Under the pieces are notes generated by a model. That model had not been told where the DNA came from and searched no databases. It saw only the letters and a program-made list of their open reading frames with translations. From Clostridia bacterium (GTDB lineage Bacteria; Bacillota; Clostridia; Oscillospirales; CAG-272): DNA of 64,000 nt. The stretch covers positions 1,611 through 65,610 of the forward strand of contig JAFQFS010000176.1 of the NCBI GenBank assembly GCA_017398585.1. Direction: 5' to 3'. Below are positions 56,276 through 64,000 of this stretch, in pieces (the stretch's first letter is position 1; each line of letters starts with the position of its first letter). The position numbers and the translations under genes are program-made.

Positions 56276-57262
56276 ATGTTAAAAGTAGCAATGCTCTCGA
56301 AGTGGCACGTACACGCAGGCGGTTACGCGAATTTCGTAAAGAACTGCGGCAAGTGTGAAATCGTTGCCGTATGGGACGACGATGCTGCACGCGGCGAAGC
56401 GTGGGCGAAGGAACTCGGCTGCGAATTCGTTCCCTGCCTCGACACCCTTCTCGCACGTGAAGACGTGGAAGCCGTTGTATGCGACGCTCCCACTACCGCT
56501 CATAAGGACGTGCTCATCAAGGCGGCAAAGGCCGGCAAGCACATCTTCACCGAAAAGGCGCTCTGCCCGACCGTTGCGGAATGTCTTGAAGTAAAGCAGG
56601 CAATCGAAGAAGCGGGCGTAACCTTCGTTATCAGCTATCCGCAGCGCGGCAGACCGTGCGTACAGTTCGCGAAGAAGATGATCGCGGAAGGCGCGTTCGG
56701 CGACATCACCCTCGTACGTACCCGTGACGCTCACTCCGGCGTATCCGGCAACTGGCTCCCGGACTACTGGTTCGAAAAGAAGGACGCAGCGGGCGGCGCA
56801 ATGATGGACCTCGGCTGCCATCCGATGTACCTCCTCGCATACTTCCTCGGCAAGCCGAAGAGAGTGACCGGTATGTTCACCGCTCCCTACGGCAAGCCCG
56901 TTGACGAAAACGCGGTAGCGATTGCGGAATTTGCAAACGGCGCACTGGGCGTAGCGGAAACCGGTTTTGTTTCCCACAATTCTCCCCAGACCCTCGAAAT
57001 CTACGGTACCAAGGGTTCCATGATCGCTCATGGTGAAGACGTTCAGTTCTCCAGCCAGGCAATCGGCAGCGTAGTCGGCGGCTTCATCAAGCCCGATCTC
57101 CCGCGTGCAAAGAAGTCCCCGCTGGAACAGTTCGTTGACGCGGTCATCGCAGGCACCGGTTCTCCGGAAGGTCTCGGCATCGACGATGCGATTGCTCTTA
57201 CCGAACTCCTCGAAAACTCCTACAAGGGCGACGAAGCAAACGCGATTGTTGAAATCAAGTAA
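56276..57262 (+). CDS. Gfo/Idh/MocA family oxidoreductase
   Basis: ATG 56276 lies 8 nt after a GGAGGA SD. The sequence has a Rossmann-type N-terminus and the family pattern. Confidence 0.8.
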   Translation: MLKVAMLSKWHVHAGGYANFVKNCGKCEIVAVWDDDAARGEAWAKELGCEFVPCLDTLLAREDVEAVVCDAPTTAHKDVLIKAAKAGKHIFTEKALCPTVAECLEVKQAIEEAGVTFVISYPQRGRPCVQFAKKMIAEGAFGDITLVRTRDAHSGVSGNWLPDYWFEKKDAAGGAMMDLGCHPMYLLAYFLGKPKRVTGMFTAPYGKPVDENAVAIAEFANGALGVAETGFVSHNSPQTLEIYGTKGSMIAHGEDVQFSSQAIGSVVGGFIKPDLPRAKKSPLEQFVDAVIAGTGSPEGLGIDDAIALTELLENSYKGDEANAIVEIK

Positions 57263-57283
57263 TTGAAGCAATTGAAGAAAGAA

Positions 57284-57308
57284 AAATGACCGGAACGGTC
57301 ATTTTTCG
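57284..57308 (+). terminator. Intrinsic terminator
   Basis: ATGACCG-GAA-CGGTCAT followed by TTTTT. Confidence 0.7.
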
Positions 57309-57353
57309 ATTTTCGGTGAATGATGTCCGCAGGCGGACGGGATTCTGTTGATT

Positions 57354-57776
57354 GTCTGCGAGTGCAGACTGGACGTTGTCCTACGCGGACGGCGCACAAG
57401 AGGGCGAGTCGTCGCCCTCTTGTGAATCACCCCGACCAGAGGAAGTGTCCTCTGGACACCTCTGCGTTCTTGAAGCTGAGTAGTCGAGACAACCATCGAC
57501 ACGCACATACGGTGCAAGGGTTGCGCAGATATAGGCTAACCGCGGAAAAAACAACGTACGGTCAACAAAATACCGCTACCCTTTCGCCCGCGGTTAGCAG
57601 AATCTGAAACTGACAGTTTGCAGTCACGAAATCGTGAAAGCTGTAGGCAGTTGTTCCGTATTTGATAAACCCAAACATACGATTTACAGAGCGGGGTGAT
57701 TCACAAGAGGGTGCCGCTCCGGGCACCCTCTTGTGCGCCGTCCGCGTAGGACAACGTCCGGTCTGCACTCGCAGAC
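57354..57776. repeat. 423-bp foldback element with ~80-nt inverted arms around a 259-nt structured core
   Basis: The arms at 57354-57433 and 57693-57776 are reverse complements except in the apex of an internal hairpin. The core contains three further stems. Confidence 0.85.
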
Positions 57777-57817
57777 GTCCTGTAAAATTTCATAAAATAT
57801 AAATTTTCGAGAATATT

Positions 57818-59044
57818 ATGTATAAACTAGTGATTCTTGCCGTGATGACGTTCAATCTGGGCTATGACCTCGTAATGCGCGTCCTCGCGGTGCGGCAGAA
57901 GAAAAAGCCTCTGCCGGAAAATGTGCGGGATATTTACGATGAAAAAGAATACGCCCGCTGGCGCGAGTATTCCGCTGAAAAGTCACGCGCGGGTCTCGTC
58001 AGTACCCTCGCCGACTTCGTGCTCGGGCTGATCCTGTTCGGAACCAATGTGCTGTCGGCGGTGTATCATGTTCTGCCGGGCGGGGATTACCTGAAGTCGA
58101 TCCTCCTCATGCTCGTCTATGCCGCGTTCCTGACCCTCTGGTCGATCCCGTATGAGTATTACGTGACCATGAAAATCGAAGGGAAGTACGGCTTCAATAA
58201 GACTGACGGGAAAACCTTCGTCACCGACACGGTCAGCAATTTTGTCATCAATTTCATCGTGAATGCCGCATTGATGTGCTTCGCGATGTTCATGTTCGAC
58301 CGCATGGGTACGATGTTCTTCGTCGTCCTGTTTGCGTTCATTGCACTGTTCATGCTTGCCGTGAATATGCTGTCCATGACGTTCATGCGGATCTTCAATA
58401 AGTTCACGCCTCTCCCGGACGGCAGTCTGCGCGATACGCTGGTCGCGATGTTCCGCGAAGCGGGGTACGAACTCTCCGATATCCGCGTCATGGACGCGTC
58501 CAGACGTACGACAAAGGTAAACGCGTTCTGCACGGGACTCGGAAAATTCAAAAAGATCGCGCTGTATGACAATCTTGTGGAAAACTACACGGAAGACGAG
58601 ATCGCCGCCGTGTTCGCGCACGAACTGGCGCATTTCAAACACCGTGACACCGCGAAAATGACGGCATACAATATGCTGACGATGGCGGTCCTGACGGCGA
58701 TGATCGCGGCGTTCGCGCTGATCCCGCAGATCTCGTTCGACTACGGCTTCACGGATGTGAATTTCGCTTTTGCAATCGCCGCGCTGACGGGCGTGCTGCT
58801 GTCGCCCGTGATGACGGTGCTGCAGATTCCGTCGGCGTTCTTCGGCAGACGGTACGAATACCGGGCCGACCGGATGGCGGCGGAGCTGGGGTACGGAGAA
58901 GCGATGGTGACCGTACTGAAAAAACTGGCGCGGGACAATTTCTCCGATCTGAACCCGCATCCGGTGATTGTTGCACTGGAACACAACCATCCGACCGTGA
59001 GCGCACGGATCGAAGCAATACGGAAAGTTGAGAAAAAACGATGA
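57818..59044 (+). CDS. M48 family (Ste24/HtpX-like) zinc metallopeptidase
   Basis: HELAHFKHRD (HExxH), a multi-TM N-terminal region and 408 aa. Confidence 0.85.
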   Translation: MYKLVILAVMTFNLGYDLVMRVLAVRQKKKPLPENVRDIYDEKEYARWREYSAEKSRAGLVSTLADFVLGLILFGTNVLSAVYHVLPGGDYLKSILLMLVYAAFLTLWSIPYEYYVTMKIEGKYGFNKTDGKTFVTDTVSNFVINFIVNAALMCFAMFMFDRMGTMFFVVLFAFIALFMLAVNMLSMTFMRIFNKFTPLPDGSLRDTLVAMFREAGYELSDIRVMDASRRTTKVNAFCTGLGKFKKIALYDNLVENYTEDEIAAVFAHELAHFKHRDTAKMTAYNMLTMAVLTAMIAAFALIPQISFDYGFTDVNFAFAIAALTGVLLSPVMTVLQIPSAFFGRRYEYRADRMAAELGYGEAMVTVLKKLARDNFSDLNPHPVIVALEHNHPTVSARIEAIRKVEKKR

Positions 59045-59544
59045 TTTTTGAAAAATACCTCATTCCCGACGAAATGGTCGACCGGTTCGAATGCGTGACG
59101 CCGGAGCATCTTCTCTCGCTCGGTAAGAAGTTTATCATCTGCGACATCGACAACACCCTCGCGACGTACGACGACCCGACGCCGCCGGACAATGTGGTGA
59201 CGTGGTGCCGGAACATGAACGAAAAGGGCGTGACCGTGGCGTTCGTGTCGAACAACCATGAGGAACGCGTGGCGCTGTTCAACAAAAATTTCGGCTACGC
59301 GGCGTATGCGGATTCGCACAAGCCGGGGACGAAAAAGCTGAAAACGGCGATGCGCGACCTCGGCGCGACGGCGGAAAACGCCGTCCTGCTGGGGGATCAG
59401 CTCCTGACGGACGCGGCGGCGGCGAAGTCCGCGGGGCTGTACTGCATCATCGTTCCGCCGATCAGGGACAAGAAAAACCTGTTCTTCCGCTTCAAGCGGT
59501 GGATCGAGATCCCGTATGTGAAAAAGTACCGGCGGACACATTAA
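59041..59544 (+). CDS. yqeG: YqeG-family HAD-IIIA phosphatase
   Basis: Motif I CDIDNTL, VSNN and GDQLLTD. It closely parallels B. subtilis YqeG from memory. ATGA overlap with the upstream gene. Confidence 0.85.
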   Translation: MIFEKYLIPDEMVDRFECVTPEHLLSLGKKFIICDIDNTLATYDDPTPPDNVVTWCRNMNEKGVTVAFVSNNHEERVALFNKNFGYAAYADSHKPGTKKLKTAMRDLGATAENAVLLGDQLLTDAAAAKSAGLYCIIVPPIRDKKNLFFRFKRWIEIPYVKKYRRTH

Positions 59545-59556
59545 AACTGCATGAGA

Positions 59557-59592
59557 AAATCCCGGTTTCGGTTGACGATGCCGGGATTTTGT
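59557..59592 (+). terminator. Intrinsic terminator
   Basis: AAAATCCCGG, 16-nt loop, CCGGGATTTT. Confidence 0.6.
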
Positions 59593-59634
59593 GATATAGT
59601 ATACTTGTAAAATATAGAGTTCAGGAGGTGTTCC

Positions 59635-60132
59635 ATGAAAAACAACGACGTGCGGCTGTACAATATGATTATGCCGCTGTGGCTGATTGCGGCATTTATG
59701 CCGCAGCTCTGGCTGATCGCACTGCCCGCGAACTGGCTGATCGACTTTCTCGTCCTCTGGCTGACGATGAAAGTTATGAAGTTCGAACGTCCCGCCGCTT
59801 CTGCCGTGCGGATCGTGTGGCTGACGTGGGTTTTCGGCTTCGCGGCGGACATCCTCGGCGGTCTGCTGATGATCGCGCCGGATTTCGGGATGAACATCGC
59901 GAGGGATTCGGTCTTCTACGGGATCACACGGGTGCTGTACAATCCGTTTTACGACATCTGGTCGTTCCTGTGGACGACGTTCGGCGTCGCCGTCACGGCG
60001 GTGCTGATTTTCGTGTATAACCGGTACATTGTCCTGCGGAAAGAGGACATGACGGACGTACAGAAGAGGAAAATCGCGCTGTCACTGGCGGTTTTCACGG
60101 CGCCGTACCTGTTCTATCTTCCCGCGATGTGA
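59635..60132 (+). CDS. Hypothetical integral membrane protein
   Basis: GGAGG SD and 4 predicted TM segments. Confidence 0.65.
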   Translation: MKNNDVRLYNMIMPLWLIAAFMPQLWLIALPANWLIDFLVLWLTMKVMKFERPAASAVRIVWLTWVFGFAADILGGLLMIAPDFGMNIARDSVFYGITRVLYNPFYDIWSFLWTTFGVAVTAVLIFVYNRYIVLRKEDMTDVQKRKIALSLAVFTAPYLFYLPAM

Positions 60133-60147
60133 GAAAGGAGAGACGGT

Positions 60148-60666
60148 ATGAAGAAAATTCTGAGCCTGTTCCTCTGCGGACTGCTTCTGTTCACCGCCTG
60201 CGGCGGGAAACCGATGCCCGACGGCGTGCCGGAGGATTTTGCGGTTTATTATGCCATGGGATGCGACACGGCGCAGATGAATATTCTGGATACCTATGAA
60301 GGGTATATCCAGAAAGATCTCATCCACAACGGAACGGCGCGAGTGGACTATACGCCGTCCGATGAAGAGATTCTCGCGATTTACGACAAAATTGTGGAGC
60401 TGGAACTGTGGAAGATGCCGGCAGATGTACGTGCGGACGGCGAAATCATCCAGCCGATGACGTATTTTGAGATACGCTTTACCATGAATGACAATACATA
60501 TGAAATTCTGGCGGATACCACGATCACACAGAGTACATGGCATAACAAAAACATCACCGCGGAACAGGCGGAAGCGATCAACGAATTCTGCCGGTTTGTA
60601 CATGAGATGATGATGGAAACGGAAGAATACAAAAGCCTTCCCGACAGAGAGGGCGGCTATATGTAA
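60148..60666 (+). CDS. Hypothetical lipoprotein
   Basis: Lipobox LLLFTAC after a signal peptide. AAAGGAG SD. Confidence 0.7.
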   Translation: MKKILSLFLCGLLLFTACGGKPMPDGVPEDFAVYYAMGCDTAQMNILDTYEGYIQKDLIHNGTARVDYTPSDEEILAIYDKIVELELWKMPADVRADGEIIQPMTYFEIRFTMNDNTYEILADTTITQSTWHNKNITAEQAEAINEFCRFVHEMMMETEEYKSLPDREGGYM

Positions 60667-60670
60667 ACAA

Positions 60671-60703
60671 AACCGGCGGGTGACTTAACATCATCCGCCG
60701 GTT
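60671..60703. terminator. Bidirectional terminator between convergent genes
   Basis: AACCGGCGGGTGA, loop, TCATCCGCCGGTT, flanked by an A-run and a T-run. Confidence 0.6.
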
Positions 60704-60710
60704 TTCTGTG

Positions 60711-60971
60711 TTATTCGTAATGTCCTCGGCAGGAGAGAATTTCCAGCGTGTCTCCGACGATCCGGTAGATCAGGCGGTTGCAGTCGTCGATTCTCCGGCT
60801 CCAGAATCCGCTGAATTCATTTTTCAGCGGTTCCGGTTTTCCGATGCCGTCAAATCCGTTCCCGCGTTCGATGTCCCGAATGAGCTGATTGATCCGCTTC
60901 AGCGTTTTTTTGTCCTGCGTCTGCCAGTACATATAGTCATCCCACGCTTCGTCAAACCATATCTTCTTCAT
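60711..60971 (-). CDS. yoeB: Txe/YoeB family type II toxin (mRNA interferase)
   Basis: 86 aa. WDDYMYWQ..DKK..KRIN.LI.DI and a C-terminal RIVGDTLEILSCRGHY, typical of YoeB. Confidence 0.9.
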   Translation of the reverse strand: MKKIWFDEAWDDYMYWQTQDKKTLKRINQLIRDIERGNGFDGIGKPEPLKNEFSGFWSRRIDDCNRLIYRIVGDTLEILSCRGHYE

Positions 60972-61227
60972 CGTCGTCCCCGATCAGTTCATGTTCCGTC
61001 CCGCGTCCGGCGTTCAGTGCTTCGACACCGCGGCGGAGATGTGCCAGATTGGATTCCGAATAAAACGGGTCGAGAGATACCTCAAACGGAATCCTTTTCT
61101 CGCGGCTCATTTTTTTCGCAAAAATCGTGATCGCGGTTGTCATATTCAGACCGAGTTCTTCACAGACGTGCTCAAAATCCTGCTTCAGCTGTTCATCCAT
61201 ACGGATATTCAGAGTAGTCTGCGGCAT
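60952..61227 (-). CDS. RelB/DinJ-family (RHH) type II antitoxin
   Basis: The start at MPQTTLNIRMDEQLK has a GGGAG SD. It has a DinJ-like RHH N-terminus, overlaps the toxin start by 20 nt and ends in an acidic tail. Confidence 0.8.
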   Translation of the reverse strand: MPQTTLNIRMDEQLKQDFEHVCEELGLNMTTAITIFAKKMSREKRIPFEVSLDPFYSESNLAHLRRGVEALNAGRGTEHELIGDDDEEDMV

Positions 61228-61317
61228 AATATCACTCCCTTCCATCCTATTATACCACATTGTATGTACAATGTCAACACAATGTGATTGCATAGAACAA
61301 AAGACAGCGCAAGTCAT

Positions 61318-61415
61318 AAAATCTGCACTGTCCATAGTCATTTTTTCCAGTCCAAAAAGGTTTTTGGAAAGGGTTCGGGAAAACCTTTTTCCTTAAAAAA
61401 GGTTTTCCCGAGAAA
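61318..61415 (+). repeat. Half composite element (ATCTGCAC arm + A unit)
   Basis: AAAATCTGCAC..TCCAAAAAGGTTTTTGGAAAGGGTTCGGGAAAACC-TTTTTCCTTAAAAAA-GGTTTTCCCGAGAAAC. Confidence 0.8.
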
Positions 61416-61424
61416 CTTCACATC

Positions 61425-62501
61425 TTAAACTTCAATCAGTTCCTTCGGGCAGTCTGTGAGGTTCTGCTTGCCGCCCTTGGTAATCAGCACCATGTCTTCG
61501 ATGCGGCAGCCGTACTTGCCTTCGATGTAGATGCCGGGTTCGACGGTGATGATCTGACCGACCTTGAGGGTTGCGTCGCCCATGCCGCCGGAAACGCCGG
61601 GCTGTTCGTGGATTTCGAGACCTACGCCGTGACCGAGGGAGTGACCGAAGCATCCCCTGTAGCCCGCGTTGTCGATGATGTCGCGCGCGATCTTGTCCAT
61701 GTCCGCATTCTTCGCGCCTTCTGTGATCGCGTCAATCGCCGCGCACTGCGCTTCGAGAACCGTGTTGTACAGCTTCGTGATGTCCGCGTCCGCCTTGCCG
61801 ATCACGATCGTACGGGTCATGTCGGAGTGATAGCCGTTCACCACTGCACCGTAGTCCATCGTCAGGAAACCCTTTTCCAGCTTCACCGGACGCGGTACGC
61901 CGTGCGGACGCGCGGATGCGGTGCCGGAAACGGCGATGGTGTCGAACGACGGCTTTTCGCTGCCGTGCTTCTTCATGTAGTATTCGAGTTCCGCCGCCAC
62001 TTCGGTTTCGGTCATGTCGTAGTTAATGACCTTCAGAATGTGCGCGAACGCACCTTCCGCGATGCGCTGAGCGGCGATGATGCTTTCGACTTCGTCGTCG
62101 GTCTTGTAGGAGCGGATTTCGGTGAAAATGCCGCCGATCGGGCAGAATTCCACGCCCATGCCGTCGAGGGTCTTCTTCAGTCCCGCGAGGGACGCGCAGG
62201 TCATGCGGCGGTCTTCGTAGCCGAAGTTCTTCACGCCGCCGTCGCGGACGATTTCGTTGAGAGTGGGCTTGTTCGGCAGGCAGACCTCGAAGGAGGAGGA
62301 CGCCTCCGCCTTTGCGGCTTCAATGTAGCGGAAATCCGCGAATACGTATGCCTTTTCCTTCGTGATGACGAGGTGTCCGTCGGGGTTGTCGAAGCCGGAC
62401 ATGTAGAGGTGGTTTTCGGCGGAGTTCACGTAGATGGCGTCGAGGTTCATCTCGCTCATTTTCTGACGCAGCGCGTTCAGTCTTGCATCCATAGCGTTCA
62501 T
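61425..62501 (-). CDS. M24 family Xaa-Pro aminopeptidase
   Basis: Creatinase-like N-domain followed by the metal-ligand context HSLGHGVGLEIHE and EDM. AAGGAA SD. Confidence 0.85.
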   Translation of the reverse strand: MNAMDARLNALRQKMSEMNLDAIYVNSAENHLYMSGFDNPDGHLVITKEKAYVFADFRYIEAAKAEASSSFEVCLPNKPTLNEIVRDGGVKNFGYEDRRMTCASLAGLKKTLDGMGVEFCPIGGIFTEIRSYKTDDEVESIIAAQRIAEGAFAHILKVINYDMTETEVAAELEYYMKKHGSEKPSFDTIAVSGTASARPHGVPRPVKLEKGFLTMDYGAVVNGYHSDMTRTIVIGKADADITKLYNTVLEAQCAAIDAITEGAKNADMDKIARDIIDNAGYRGCFGHSLGHGVGLEIHEQPGVSGGMGDATLKVGQIITVEPGIYIEGKYGCRIEDMVLITKGGKQNLTDCPKELIEV

Positions 62502-62575
62502 AGAGATAACTTCCTTTTCGTTGAATTAGAATTTGTCTCAATTATAGCATTTCGCGCGGAGTTTGTCCAGACGTT

Positions 62576-64000
62576 TTATTCGTTTTCCGAGAGATATATG
62601 CTCACCCGAGACTGGATGACGGACGCGCATTCCTCTGCCGTTTTCGCGCCGCCGAAGAAGGACGTGATTTCTTCCGAGAGAATATCCGCGATTACGTCGT
62701 CCGAAAGGGTGGACACCGGCTGTCCGGCGATGTTGTCGAGGAAGTCGATAAGTTCCCGTTCGTGCTGCTCGGTGAAGATGTACTGCACATATCCGGGTTC
62801 CAGTTCGTGGACTTCACGGAGAAGTCCGCCGTGCGCACCTCCGGCGTCACTGATGTGCGTGTAGTATTCATACTGCGCCGTACAGAGCTGCTGTAATTGG
62901 GAACGCAGGACGGGAAGCGTTTGTCCGAAGGTCGCGTAGTTTTCCGGCTTGACAATGCTTTCTATGAATTCCCATGCGAGTTCCGGGGTTTCGCAGAAAC
63001 TTGTGATGATATACGGCATCATGCTGACGATCGAACCGTTTTCCCCTTCCGTGGTCGGATAACCGATGCAGACCGTATCCTTGTCAAAAAAGAGGTGCTC
63101 ATTGTCGAACCACGAACTGACAAGAAAAATATGATTGAGAGCGAGTGCAACGTGTCCCGTCTGATGCGGTGCAAAGCGCACACCGGGCTCCCTGTAATCC
63201 GCAAGGAGTTTGTTGGCATCCTCCCATGTGTCCGGCAGGGTACCGAGATATTCGAGCAGTCCGATGAATTCCTTCGAATCAAACCGGCAGGTGTTCGTTT
63301 CCTCGTCAATGAACAGCCGGTGCCAGTTCTGTCCGAGCCACGATGACAGACTCTGCTGCTTGTTCAGGCTTTCGTACAGCACGACATCCTCCGGCAGACT
63401 TTTTGCAAAGTCAATCATTTCCGTCACCGTCCAGCCGGTGCGGTCGCCGAGAAGTTTCCGCGGACCGGTGAGGGTGTCGATCATTAAGTTCGTCCCGATT
63501 GCCCAGAGTTCGCCCGTGTCCGTTTCAAACGTGCGTGTGACGCAGCCGAGGAGGTCGTTTTTGAGTTCGTCTCCCATCAGCGGATACAGGTCGGTGTACA
63601 GACCGTTCCGGTAAAGCTGGACGATCATGTCGTTCACCGTCTCGGCAGTCACAATGTCGGGCTTGTACAGTCCGTTCAGGATGTCGTTGAGAAGATTCCG
63701 TGTCGCCGTCTCCACGTCGGTGCCGTCGGCGGTGTAATTCTTTTCAATAATGCGGACATCGGTGTGCGCTTTGTTGAACGCGACGATGTTTTTCCGCAGA
63801 TTGTTGTTGCTGTCCGCGTACGCGATTTCCAGTGTGGGGATCGCCGACAGGTCAACGTCGGGTGCGCGTTCGTACAGCGTCAGCGTATAGTTGAAATTAT
63901 CGTCACGCTCCGCCGCGAGGATCCGGTCGGAATTGTAGACGTACAGCAGGTCGAGATTGCCCGAAAGCAGACTGGAACTGTTGTAGTCGAGCAGAAGCAT
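62576..64000 (-). CDS. Large extracellular solute-binding-protein-like protein (partial; N-terminus beyond the window)
   Basis: The ORF is open to the window edge. Its composition resembles the 26848-28335 SBP family. The function call is weak. Confidence 0.55.
   Translation of the reverse strand: MLLLDYNSSSLLSGNLDLLYVYNSDRILAAERDDNFNYTLTLYERAPDVDLSAIPTLEIAYADSNNNLRKNIVAFNKAHTDVRIIEKNYTADGTDVETATRNLLNDILNGLYKPDIVTAETVNDMIVQLYRNGLYTDLYPLMGDELKNDLLGCVTRTFETDTGELWAIGTNLMIDTLTGPRKLLGDRTGWTVTEMIDFAKSLPEDVVLYESLNKQQSLSSWLGQNWHRLFIDEETNTCRFDSKEFIGLLEYLGTLPDTWEDANKLLADYREPGVRFAPHQTGHVALALNHIFLVSSWFDNEHLFFDKDTVCIGYPTTEGENGSIVSMMPYIITSFCETPELAWEFIESIVKPENYATFGQTLPVLRSQLQQLCTAQYEYYTHISDAGGAHGGLLREVHELEPGYVQYIFTEQHERELIDFLDNIAGQPVSTLSDDVIADILSEEITSFFGGAKTAEECASVIQSRVSIYLSENE

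Noticed and set aside
57299-57768. Small ORFs 57299-57517, 57320-57607 and 57562-57768
   Set aside because: They are generated by the inverted arms of the foldback element (mirror-image peptides). No SD.
57354-57776. Retron msr/msd or IS-associated guide RNA (omega/bridge RNA) interpretation of the foldback element
   Set aside because: No reverse transcriptase, TnpB/IscB or IS110-type recombinase gene is adjacent or anywhere in the window. An ~80-nt arm identity points to a DNA-level inverted repeat.
1677-61415. CRISPR array interpretation of the recurring palindromic units
   Set aside because: The units are scattered kilobases apart at gene boundaries in both orientations, not in a regularly spaced direct-repeat array. 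No cas genes are present.
1677-61415. Treating every repeat unit as a simple rho-independent terminator
   Set aside because: No U-tract directly follows the stem in either orientation. Several units lie in 5' UTRs (ileS, rsmD, response regulator), where termination would be deleterious. Genuine terminators with T-runs exist separately, for example at 1641-1670, next to a unit.
1-64000. Mobile genetic element, prophage or defence island
   Set aside because: No integrase, transposase, recombinase, phage structural genes or recognisable defence genes (restriction-modification, Cas, CBASS, retron and similar) were seen. Apart from the DinJ-like/YoeB pair, the content is housekeeping and metabolic.

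Overview
This is a 64-kb chromosomal segment from a moderately high-GC Gram-positive bacterium that looks like a Clostridia member. That call is an inference from GGAGG-type Shine-Dalgarno sites, TTGACA-17-TATAAT promoters, a T-box leader, HPr and YqeG. About 52 protein-coding genes on both strands look credible. They include a housekeeping block (coaD-rsmD-uvrC, ptsH, and type-2 ileS behind an Ile T-box) and carbohydrate enzymes (GH172-like, GH38 alpha-mannosidase with a discoidin domain, GH10-like, SASA-type esterase, two Gfo/Idh/MocA oxidoreductases, a sugar-phosphate isomerase). Regulatory and transport genes include a YtrA-type GntR/ABC-2 operon, an OmpR/HK pair and an ABC-F ATPase. Also present are a short glycyl-radical enzyme coupled to an acyltransferase-3 gene, three tandem GNAT paralogues, a DinJ-like/YoeB toxin-antitoxin pair, an HtrA protease and an M48 peptidase. 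I found no rRNA, tRNA, CRISPR array, transposase, integrase or recombinase. The most unusual content is non-coding and falls into three classes. First, a dispersed modular nested-palindrome repeat family occupies at least 13 loci, fills convergent-gene junctions and abuts three start codons. Second, a ~274-bp structured repeat occurs in two inverted copies that differ by compensatory stem changes. Third, a 423-bp foldback element with ~80-nt inverted arms sits just upstream of the M48 peptidase gene. Functional calls rest on motif recognition from memory, since no searches could be run. Many long antisense ORFs in the track are GC-driven shadows and were not called.
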